Part shown: piece after piece, positions 10,201-21,453 of the stretch
Layout: each line of letters begins with the position of its first letter
How positions within the stretch are numbered: position 1 is the stretch's first letter
Assembly (NCBI GenBank): GCA_036785375.1
Contig: JAWMAR010000070.1
Span: forward strand, 4,092,001-4,156,000
Direction: 5' to 3'
DNA from: Leucoraja ocellata
Lineage: Eukaryota
DNA length: 64,000 bases
The notes under the pieces: generated by a model
What the model was told of the DNA's origin: nothing
Seen by the model: the letters and a program-made list of their open reading frames with translations, nothing else
Databases searched by the model: none
Position numbers and translations under genes: made by a program

Positions 10201-13200
10201 TGCGATCCCAGCCCAGTTTCTGCTCAGGGATCTGGAGTGGGAAGTGAACCCTAATTGTACTGACCCGGGGACAGAACACTGACACAACTGGTACAATAAC
10301 AGCACTGCCTGCACTTCAGACCGGAGACATTGGCCGTGAAGCAATATGACACATCATGGAACTATTTAAGTTTTCTTTCATGTAATCTTCAAAATGTATC
10401 TATTTCCACTAAACTGTTCATTTGCTCTCCATCTGAAAGTTTCTCCCCTTCAGTTTCAGGTGCAGTGTGGGGAGAGATGTATGTAAGAGGAGTTGTGGGA
10501 AGTGCGATTGCAATCGATTGTCACTATGCAGCAGAGTACCGCTTACACACAAAATACTGGTGCCGTGTGCAGAATCGCCAATGTACAGATATGGTGGAAA
10601 CAATTGGGCTACGCGGAAGGAGTGGAAGAGTGTCAATCACCGATAGCCCGGAACGAGGAATATTTACTGTGACTGTGGAGGATCTTCTCTCTGGCGATAC
10701 AGGCTGGTACAGATGTGGAATTACAACATCTAACGGCCTCCCAATGTTTACCGTAGAACTCCTTGTATCTGACGGTACGTTTCGCAGCGATTGACTTGTC
10801 GTCTCCACTGACTCGCCACTTCCCGCCATTCAGAAAAGGACCCGTTCACTCCTACTCTTTGCTTCCTGTCTGCCAACCAATTTCCTATCCACGTCAACAC
10901 CCTTCCATGCGCTCTCAATTTAGTCACCAGTCTCCCGTGCGGAACCTTATCAAAGGATTTCTTGAAGTCTAGACGACATTCACTGGCTCACCTTCGTCCA
11001 TTTTATTTGCCACATCCTCAAAAAATTCCCGAAGATTAGTCAGGCATGATTTTCCTTTCATAAATCCATGCTGACTTGGACTAATTATTTTACTGCTATT
11101 CAAATACCCCATTATTACCTCTTTAATAATTGACTCCGGCACCTTTCCCGCACCGAAGTCAGGCTAACTGGTCTGTAATTTCCCGTTTTCTCTCTTGCTC
11201 CTTTCTTGAAAAGTGGCATTTAACTTCACTTTTCACTTCAAGTGGAATACTCAGCGCATTGCCCTTCCTCTGAACTGTATGAAATGTCACCCGTCAGAAA
11301 TTTGCATTCAGACTCAAACTAATAATCCCAGTGAGGAACAAGTGTTGTTTGATCTGTGGTCCATCTGAAAGTTTCTCCCCTCAGTTTCAGATGCAGTGTG
11401 GGCAGAGAGGGAAGTAAGAGGGGTTGTGGGAAGAGCGATCACAATCGATTGTCACTATGCAGCAGAGTACCGCTCACGCACAAAATACTGGTGCCGTGGG
11501 AGGAATCGCCCATGTACAGATTCAGTGGAAACAAATGGCCAAAACGGACGGAGTGGAAGAGTGTCAATCACAGATATACCGGCACTAAGAATATTTGCTG
11601 TGACTGTGGAGGATCTTCACTCTGGAGATACAGGACGGTACAGATGTGGAATTACTACACCTGGCGACCGTCCAATATTTACCGTACATCTCCAAGTATC
11701 TGACGGTACGTTTCGCAGCGATTGACTTGACGTCTCCACTGAAATGCCTTATCTATGTTCTCTCCGGGAAGGGTCAGGGCAGCACCGATATCCCGAGGCT
11801 CCGCAGCAGTGCAGAGACCTGCGGGGAACGGGCGGGGGTCGGGAAACCCCACTCATGTTGCTCTCACCCAGTGCGGGCTCTGTTCCACTGAGCGGCCACC
11901 CACTTCAAGTGGGATGCTCAACACATTTCCCTGCCTCTGAACTGTATGAAATGTCACCCTGTCAGAGGTTTGCATTCCGACTCAAACTAATAACCCGACA
12001 GACTCCGCAACTCACTGGTCAACTCGTCCTTTCCCACCCCGTCCCCAGATACCTTCCCCTACAACTGCAGGAGATGCAACACCAGTCCCTATATATCCCG
12101 CTTCTACTCCGTCCAAGGTTCCAACAGTATTTCCGGGTGAGTCAGAGGTTCATTTGCATCTCTTCTAACCTCCTCTACTATTTCCGCTGTTCCAGGTGTG
12201 AACAAGCGGATACAGTAGATGGGAGACCCAACGCAGGCTCGGCGATCGTTTCGCTGAACAATTCCGCACAGTGTTCCTCGGCCTACGCTACATCCCGATT
12301 GCAAAACACCTTTATTCACCCTCCCATTCCCAAACTGATCTTTCTGTCCCGGACCTCCTCCCCTGCAGAGTGAGGCCAAAAGCAAATTGGAGGAACAGTA
12401 CCTCATATTTCGCTTGGGCAGCTTACAACCCAGCGGTTTGAATATTGACTTCTCTAACTTCAAGTAACCCTTGCTTTACTCCTGTCTCCATCCCGCCCCA
12501 TCCGAAGCCTCCAATTATTTTCACTGCCCTCCAGATTATATTTTACTGATTCTATGCCTTCCCTTCAGCTGACAATGATCCATTCTACATTTTTTAAAAC
12601 ATTTTCACCTTTGATCACTTGTTTTCACACCGTACCCTTCCATTTCTCTTCTGTCTCCCTTTCTCATGGTTCTCAGGCTGAAGAAGGGTCACGATTCGAA
12701 ACGTCACCCATTCCTTCTCTCGAAAGATGCTGCCTCATCCGCCGAGTTACTCCTGCATTTTGTGTCTATCTTAAAGGGACGTAACATCCCAACATATGTT
12801 CTGAGGGGCAACATTTTCCACACATTGGGTGATATTTATATGGAACCTGCTGCCAGGGGGAAGGTGTTAAGGCAGTTAGAATAGCAGCATTTAAAATATT
12901 TTTTTGATATTTGCGTAGATTGGGATCATTGCGAGTGATAAGGGAGAAACGTGGACATATGGAAATGGTCCAGAAAGACATGTTGGTCGGCATGAATGAG
13001 CTGTTGTGATGGGCATCTTTCGGTTCTCTATAACTCTAACCTTCTTCAGTTTCTGGGCTTCGCACACTCACAGAGATGTAGATGAGCCGGTGAGATGTCA
13101 ACCGGACGGTTCGGGCTGAGATAAAGGGCTGCTGAGATTTAGCACGTGTTTGGTTTTTAACTGTTCATACAGGTGACTGAATGTTTGCTCCATTCCCACA

Positions 13201-16200
13201 GAACCCATGTCTGCTCCTGTGCTCAGATATCTGTCACCAGCAAATGCCTCACATCTCGGAGGCTCAGTGTCAGTGTCGTGTGAGTCTGTCCGTGGATCCC
13301 TTCCCATCCATTACACATGGTTTGAAAAGAACGAGCATTGGGTTTCAACGATCGTGTCTGACAATCAACTGGATCTGAGTTGTGAAATCCTCGAAGGTCA
13401 ACACCGTCAATATTACTGCACAGCCTCAAATAATCGTGGGACAAAATCCAGTGAAATACTCAACGTGAAAGTCTTCAAAGGAGCAGGAACGTGCAGTTAT
13501 GTGACAGAAATCAACAATGCAGGTGAGTGTTCTTCTCGTGTCCCTGAACCTGCTGCTATTCGCTTTGAGGTGATGTTCATGGATTTCTTGTTATTTGCAG
13601 ACGGCATCATTGCAGCCACCGGGAGCTCATGGTGTAAAATGCGAGAGTTTGTTTGGGGGACTGGTAAATGATTGCCTGTTGCTTTCACCTGGGCGGTGGT
13701 GAGAAATTTCAGCAAATGAGAGAAATACCTGCGGGTTCAGTGCATTCCATCAAAATTATTTTCTGGCTGCCGCACTTTGAGACAGAGAAATAAACCAAAT
13801 TCATTCTGTTTGGATCCATCATCAGTTATAACCAAGGATGCACAATTTTATGATCATGTTCATGATTTTAACTCTGTTAATTTGTGTTAAACTCCAGTAA
13901 TCTCACAAAATTAAATTGGAATCTACTTGGCCGTCACTCCATCAAGTATAACCCTTACTTTTGTCAAAGATAATTTTGAAAAGAACTTCCCTGTAGGTGT
14001 GGAGACGCTCAGATTGGAAGTCCAGAAGAGGGTGTGAATGGTTTACATCAGCGAGACCAATTTTATACAAGGCCAGTTCTTCTTAAACTATTACAGTGTC
14101 ATTCGCCCTTGAGTCTTTATTACAAAATTTAATTCACCCTCCACAAAATGTTCTTATGTTCTTTTGGTTATTATCATCGTATTTTCCTTTGTGCATAATT
14201 TTATAGATAATTGATTTTATCACATGAGCAAAAAACGTAAATTAAGTAATTTACCCCAAAATAATTATATTCGCCCTTGGGTGAACCATTCATCAGTTTA
14301 AGAAGCACTGGCCTAGGCTACAATTTCGCCGAACACTTGTGTTTGGTTTGTCATGACCCAGAGTCGCGCTTGATAGACACCCCATCCTCAACCTCCCCCG
14401 CTGATGCAGAGCAGCAGCAGTTTACACCATCTGCACGATGCACTGCAGCAACTCACCAAGACTCCCTAGACAGCGCCTTCCAATTGCAACAGGCTCCATG
14501 TTCAGTGCATCATTCTTCACCATTCACACCCACATTGGCTGGGAAGCGCTTTGGAACGACCTGTGCAGATGGTGAGGGACGGTGTACAGTATCTGTCTCT
14601 CATCGCAATCTAGGTGGAATTCAACACAGTTAAGAAAATGATTGGGCGGACTCCCCTGTACACATTGATGTATACTCTAATGTATATGTTCGTGAAAGGA
14701 TAATTTTGCTCTTCAATTTATGAAAGATTGTTCCTTCAGTTTCAGGTGCACTGTGGGCAGAGAGCGAAGTGCGAGGGGTTGTGGGAAGAGCGATCACAAT
14801 CGATTGTCACTATGCAGCAGTGTACCGCTCACACACAAAATACTGGTGCTCTGGGACAAGTCGCCAGTGTACACATGTAGGTGAAACAAATGGGAAACAT
14901 GGACGGAGCCGAAGAGTGTCAATCACAGATAACCCGGCACGAGGAATATTTACTGTGACTGTGGAGGATCTTCACTCTGGAGATACAGGCTGGTACAGAT
15001 GTGGAATTACTGCACCTGGCGAACCAACATTTAAAGTACATCTCCAAGTATATGAAGGTAGGTTTCTCAGTGAGTGACTTGATGTCCACTTTGGCAACGG
15101 GCAAAATATTTGTTACGTGGGAGTCTGGTGCACAGTTCTGGTCGCCGCTTTATAAAACAAAAGATGTGAACGGTTTGTAGAGTTTACAGAAAAATGTACA
15201 CCCGGATATACAAATGTAACATGGAAACGGATCCTTCGGCCCATCGAGTCCTCACCACCTAGTGATCACCGGTCACACTAGTTCTATGTTATTCCACTTT
15301 CCCATTCGCTCCCTACACACTATTCTACAATACCGCAAATCACACACCTCATTAGTACAACAGTATCACTATCAACAATTTTATGCAAGGAAATTAAAAA
15401 GTTGTTGATACTGTTGCACTAATGAAGTGTTTGAAAGTTCAGCTTAAAAGCACAGTTTCAGATTAAAAGAAGATTAACTGCAGATGCTGGAATTGTAAAA
15501 CAAAGAGAGATGGTGCAGCTGTGTACTGGTACAGTGGCAGACATGGTAGTTCTGGCGGCTGGGAGGATGGAGAGACACAGAGATGTCTAAATCTGGTAAG
15601 TGGATTGTGAGGAGAAGGAGCAGAGAAGATTTACAAGGATGTTGCGATGACTTGAGGGCCTGGTATGCAGGGAGGGGTTGAGCAGATTAGGGCTTTATTC
15701 CTTGGAACGCAGGAGGATGAGGGGTGATTTTATTGCAGGTAAACAAATCCTGCGAGTTTAAAATAAAATTGGACCCCAACACAGAATTGATTATTTTTGG
15801 AACAATGGAAGCCGGGTCTAAGGTGATTTCGTTCCAAAATTCTCTCCTTAACCATGGCTTGATAACAGCAAAAAAAAACGTATACTCAAATTCTGGAAGA
15901 ACGAACCCACCCCCACGCTTAAAATGTGGATTTCAAGCATGTCTGAAATGTTACACCTCGAAGATATGAGATTCGGCCTTGCAGGTAAAGCAGACCAATT
16001 CCTAAAGATTTGGTCTCATTTTATCGACTTATTCCAAGTACATGGTGCAACATAACCCTGGAAATTAACTGTTTCAGAACTGGGTGAGGGGTGTGGAAAG
16101 ACATGAAGCAGGTATATCCCTTCTCCCTTTTATTCTTTTTCTGTTTTGTTTCCTTATTATTTTATTTTATTTTCTATTTTTTATTTCTATTTACTAATTT

Positions 16201-19200
16201 ATGTATTTATTTTTCGGGGGGGAGTTCACGTTTTTTTTGCGGCTTTATATCTTTACGGGTTCTTTCTATCTATTCTTTCACGAACTATCAATATCACTAC
16301 TTAACTTTCTCTCTCCTTCTCTTTTTGTTTCTGTTACTTTTCTATTAATAAATTAAAAACAAGAAGTTTTACACTAAATGTAATATGTAAAACACGGTTT
16401 ATACTACTGTACATTGATTCAAATAAAAATATTTATTAAATTTTTTTTTTAAATCACAAAAATCACGCGAGGAATAGATCGAGTAAATACACAGTCTTTT
16501 GCCCAGAGTAGGGGAATAGGGAACCAGAGGACATAGTTTTCATATCAGGCGGGAATGATTTAACAGGAACCTGGCGAGTAACGTGTTTACACAAAGGTTG
16601 GTAGGTCCATGAAACGAAATGCTGAAGGAAGTAGTTATGGCTGGTACTAACGTAACATTTCAGAAAATATTGGACAGTTACATGAATAGGATATGTTTAG
16701 AGGGTTGAGGGCCAAGAAAGGACAGGTGGAACTAGTGTACATTGGGCGTGTTGGTCAGCGCGGGCAAGTTAGGCCGAGGTTTCTACTGTATGACTCTACG
16801 AATCTATGTAGATGGGATGGGTCCGACAGTTATATAAACAATGCTCCCTTTTTCCTGCTGGCAATTCCTGAAATGTAAAAGAGAATCGAAGATTGTCTGA
16901 TGATATGTCCGCTCTGTGGTCAGTATTCATCACCATGTTATAGGAAAGATGCTATCAAGTAAGATTGGGTGCAGAAAAGATTTACAATGATGCTGCCATG
17001 ACTTGAGTGCCTGAACTCCAGGGAGGGATTGAGCGGACTAGGACTTTATTTCTGGGAGAGCAGGAGGATGAGGGATGATCTTACGGCAGCTACAAAATCA
17101 CGCGACGAATAGATCGAGTAAATGCACAGTCTCTTCCGTTTGGAAGCTTATGGGCTAAGCAAGGGCAGGTGGAACTAGTGTGGATGGACATGTTGGCCTG
17201 CTTCTACACTATATGCCTCTATGACTCTAAGTAGATGGATGGGTCAGATTCCAACCTGGCGGCTCTGGCGAAGATACAGAGATGGTGGATATTGGCGAGT
17301 GTTTGATTTTCAGATGTTCACTCAGTGTCTGACTGTTTTCTCCTTTCCCACAGAACCCGTGTCTGTTCCTGTGCTTGGGTGTCTGTCACCAGCCAATGTC
17401 TCTTGTCTCGGGGGCTCAGTGACAGTGTCCTGTGAGTCGGTCCGGGGATCCCTTCCCATTAACTACAGCTGGTATGAAAAGACCCCATCTGGGGATTCAA
17501 AGATCTCAGACAACAATGCCCTGGATCTACATTGTCAATCCTTCAAACACCAGCACCATCAATATTATTGCACAGTCTCAAATCAACATGGATCAAAATC
17601 CAGTGAAATGGTCAACGTGTCCATCTCCAGCAGTGACGTGTCCTGCAGTTTCCTGGTGAAAATCAACGGCACTGGTAAGTAGTGGAGGGAATGGGGAGAA
17701 GAAGGGGAAGTGGGGGTGGGGTTGTTCATAAGATCACATGTGATAGAAGCAGAAATAGACCATTCAATCATGGCTGATGTATCTTCCCCTCCTCACCCCA
17801 TTCTCCTGCCTTTTCCCCATAACCCCCGACACCCTGAAATCCATGCACGTTATTTAATTACGTTATCAAGATTAAAATGATGGAATTATGGCCCATTTGT
17901 CAATACTTGGTTGCTGGGCTCCAGAAATAGATTTCCCAGCGCTGGTGTAGACCAGCTTCCCGGCTAGAACTGCCTCTTATGTTTACACAGCTTTAAACTA
18001 GGTTTGCAGTGACATCAGTCCAAGCATTTTCACTTTCCATCATCTTCACATGACCGACACTCAAATATGTGAAGGGATCAGAAATTATCAGTAAATGTGG
18101 CCACAGTTAACTCCTAGACGACGGTATCGCATTTGGGTCACTGTGTTAATGTTGTCCATTCAGTACTATCAATACTCATCCCACTTACCAGCACCTCATC
18201 CATTGAGGCAATTCAGGTACCTCTATCTTCTCGGTTTAAAAATATTTATTTATACCCTTCAAACATCCTGCTCCTTAACTTACCCATATGTTCTCCACTT
18301 TTACACATATCTGTCATGTAAAATGTTCCAAAAATACCCTGTCTATGCTGCTCATAGTTTTGTACACCTGTAATAGCCCCCCCCCCCCCTTCCTCACCTG
18401 TTCTGCATGGAATTTTATAAAACCCCTATCCAACCCCTCCCCATCACTGTAATGTTTCATCCCAAGCAATACTCCTCTCAAATGAAATTGGACCCTTTTG
18501 ATTAATTTGTGGATACATCGTGGAAGCAGGTTCTTCGTCCCACTGAGTACACAACGTCCAGTAATCACCAGTATACTAGTTCCATGGGGAAAATTTACAG
18601 AAGCCAATTAACCAACACACTTGCAAGAGTTCAGACTGTGGGGAAACTGGAGCATTTGTAGAAACCCCACGCGGTCACAGGGAGGAGGTACAAATTCCGT
18701 GCAGACAGCATCCGTGGTCAGGATCGAACCCGTGCCTCTGGCTGTAAGGCAGCAACTCTACCGCTGCGCCACCGTGCCATCTACACCTGGAGCCAGAGTT
18801 GTTACCAGCACTCCTGCTTGTCATGATAACATCTCCCATTTGCTGCAAATCACACAGAAGAAGCATTACCCTGTCTGTTAAGCCTATCAACTCCATTCAT
18901 CGGAAAACCATAGCTACTTGTTAAACTGCAAGTGAAAAGCAGTGAAACTGACTTGTATTTCCTTGTTCCAACAGGTCTTGAATATTATTGTGAAAATTCG
19001 ATACCATCCAATTACTCTGCAAGGTAAAATGCTCTGTTTCCAATGAAAGTTACAATGTACTAATTGCTGGTGTTTTGATTGGGGAATGCTTTAATTGGGA
19101 GAAAGTTGTGCCTTCCTTTCACTGGCATTAAATGCGTGAGAGTGTTGAGCCACAGTCTCACAACGCCACGACATTGGTTCATTAGGAGACCACTGTCTGT

Positions 19201-21453
19201 GCGTGGTCTGCTTGTTTTGCCTTTAATTGTGTTGGTTTCACTCAAGTGCTCCAGTTTCCTCCCAGCTCCCAAAGATGAGCCATTTGTAAATTGCCCCATG
19301 TGTACAGGAGAGTGGCTGAATCTGTGAAGAATGGGTGGGGTGGGGGTGGGGGTGGGGGTGGTAGTTGATGAGCAAGTGGGGGAAATGAAAATAGGATTGA
19401 CACAGGAATCATGTGAATGCAGTTGGCGGAAACGGCCTGTTTCTATACTGTGTTTCTCTATGGGTCTTTGATCCAATGAACCTAAATGTCACGAAGCATA
19501 ACCAATTGTTGTACAAGTTTCAAGCCTGACACCAAATATAAACGTATCAATTAAATATTATTTAATACAATAAATATAACTTACAAACCAGTTATTAGTT
19601 AACTCATCAGAGGGGGAATCGCACTGGTTTACATCTCATTGTGTTGTGTACATGCTTGGATGATAAGAACAAGTTCCTCCATTTGATGCTTTTCAGAAAG
19701 CGCTCCCTGCAGAATTCAACATGACTGCTCCATTACTCACCTCATCCGAATACAGCAAAATGAGTTAACTGACTCTCTCTTACTCGTTGATACTTGAAAT
19801 CATTAAATATTCAATCATAATATAGTCATGAAAGTGGGAACATTTTGTTGTTTATCTTATCACAATTGAAATAGATCTGACTTTCTATCACACTCTTGTG
19901 TTATACTTGCGTTAGCAAATGTTCATGAAAGCCACTCCGTTATGAGCGAAACTTTAACCCATTTTTCGAGCACAATTCCTCCATTCACACACCTACCGCG
20001 TTGATCCACGAAGTATCCAGGGTGTCAGATTAAGTATAATCATTTTTTAATTAATTTTATTAATTGGCCTCATCTGTTTCCATTTGTATTGCCCATCTCC
20101 CTTCCATTATTGGAATTGATCCGTTTTTATTATTCCTATCCAAATGGATTTTATTATAATCCTCCTTGCAGCTGCATTTTCTTTCTTCCAGGGTATCACA
20201 CTGTTCTTTGCATCCTTCCACATCCACAGTTTTCCTCTCCCGTGACTCTTGGTCTGAAGAAGGGTCTCGACCCGGAACTTCACACATTCCTTCTCTCCGG
20301 AGAGATGCTGCCTCTCCCACTGTGTTTCTCCAACATTTTGTGTCCATCTGTTTTGTATTCACTGCCCCAACTCATGATTTATTTATATGTCTTCTCTGAA
20401 TCCATTTAACCGCGTAGTCTCTCATTCCCAGTCTTGTAGCCATGCCCCAACAATGACGTCAACAATTGGTGATCATATGTTGTCCCCCCCCCCCCCCCAC
20501 CTCCCCCCAGTCCAACACCCGTTCTTTTACAAAGATGGTCTCCACTGACGCTGCCGCTTCGCCCCGCTCCACTTCACCAAGATTATGAAGCAAATAACAG
20601 GTAAATGCTTCAAAGATTAACCGTCTCGTTTCCTCCCATTGACTCCGTATTTCTTGCCCTTTGCCCAGTTATATCTCATGGGAAGTGGGGCGCTGGATGT
20701 TCTTTCTACTGCTTGTGATCTGGAGTATCTCAACCGCGGTGTTCACAAGAGGTTCTAAGGTAGGTTTTATTGTCATCATGTTCATAAATTATAGGAGCAG
20801 AATTAGGCCATTCAGCCCATCATATCTAATCGGCTCCCAATCACGGCTGATCTAGCCTTCTCTCTCGATCCCATTCACCTGCCTTCTCCCCGTAACCATT
20901 GACATCCTTATTTATCAAGAAAATGAAAATCTCCGCCTTAAAAATATCAATTAATTTGGACAGATACAAAAATGCTGGAGTAGCTCAGCGGGACAGGCAG
21001 CATCTCCGGTGTGAATTAACTTGGCCTTCACAGCCTCCTGTGGCAATGAAATCCATAGATTCACCAGAAGGGATTCGCCCAAAGCAATCCCTTCTCTTCG
21101 CCGAGTGTTTCCAAACGGTTTCCATTAATGCTTTCATATATCCTGTCCATCGATAGAAACAATAATCGTGCACGTTTTCATATCATGAAGTTAAACCAAA
21201 TCTCTATGTAGATGATATCACGAGGTTCTGTCAGGTTGTACGCGTGCAGGGTGGATTTCTGTGCCCGGTGTGGGTTCGTTGGCAGTGGATTAGCTAATTC
21301 GTGGGTTAGCATCTTGCAGACAGCAATGTGTTGGGAGTGGCCGGGACAAATAAAGCGTGGTTCCCACTGTCAGTCTGTCTGATGACTTCACATTGTCTTT
21401 TGCAGAGACGCGATGACACAGAACCTCGCCACTCGACCCACCAATTACAATGA
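7250..21453 (+). CDS. Gene A: CD300/pIgR-like (MDIR-type) multi-Ig receptor, L-V-V-V-C2-V-C2-stalk-TM-tail, ~741 aa if all major exons are used
   Basis: Leader 7250-7298 (MDKTMWIPLLLIASLP; second ATG 7262). V1 9530-9850, V2 10454-10774, V3 11385-11705, C2a 13202-13522, optional mini-exon 13601-13663, V4 14740-15057, C2b 17354-17674. Stalk 18975-19023 and 20535-20600, TM 20669-20759, tail 21406-21453. All boundaries are AG/GT and in frame with no stops. V exons carry C-x-Y, KYWC-x6-C, F-x-V-T-V-x-D-L and D-T-G-x-Y-R-C-G, the CD300/pIgR/TREM V-set signature. Confidence 0.88.
8824..9459 (-). mobile_element. L2-clade LINE 3' fragment in the leader-V1 intron (copies 26911-27564 and 47554-48232)
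   Basis: ORF LQCIQNSAARIITRTRSSDHITPILTQLHWLPV...FKSQLKTHLF, an (AAT)n tail and a GTAAT duplication. The paralogous site before V2 is empty (ttcatgtaatcttcaaaatg, ~10377-10396). Confidence 0.9.
10811..11215 (-). mobile_element. CR1-clade RT fragment between V2 and V3 (copies ~28914-29320 and ~49584-49990)
   Basis: SQHGFMKGKSCLTNLREFFED...VVYLDFKKSFDKV...WLADRKQRVGVNG, read in the copy in gene B. Confidence 0.88.
12000..12770 (+). mobile_element. Penelope-like GIY-YIG relic between V3 and C2a (copies ~30105-30880 and ~50775-51550)
   Basis: FRVSQRFICISSNLLYYFRCSRC followed by frameshifted GDRFAE and IFRLG-type sequence, ending in the ctgaagaaggg...gaaacgtc motif. Confidence 0.78.
15757..16457 (+). 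mobile_element. L1-clade LINE 3' fragment nested in a CR1 relic (copies ~33872-34582 and ~37409-38111; absent from gene C)
   Basis: ORF2 C-terminus-like sequence (LIIFG...LITAKKRILKFW...PTLKMW), a T-rich 3' UTR with AATAAA, and a flanking duplication aaaaatcacgcgag (clearest at ~37395 and 38112). Empty site at ~54535-54550. Confidence 0.72.

Noticed and set aside
11744-12373. 209 aa ORF conserved in all three units
   Set aside because: It crosses Penelope and other repeat relics; its conservation is explained by near-identity of this segment between units.
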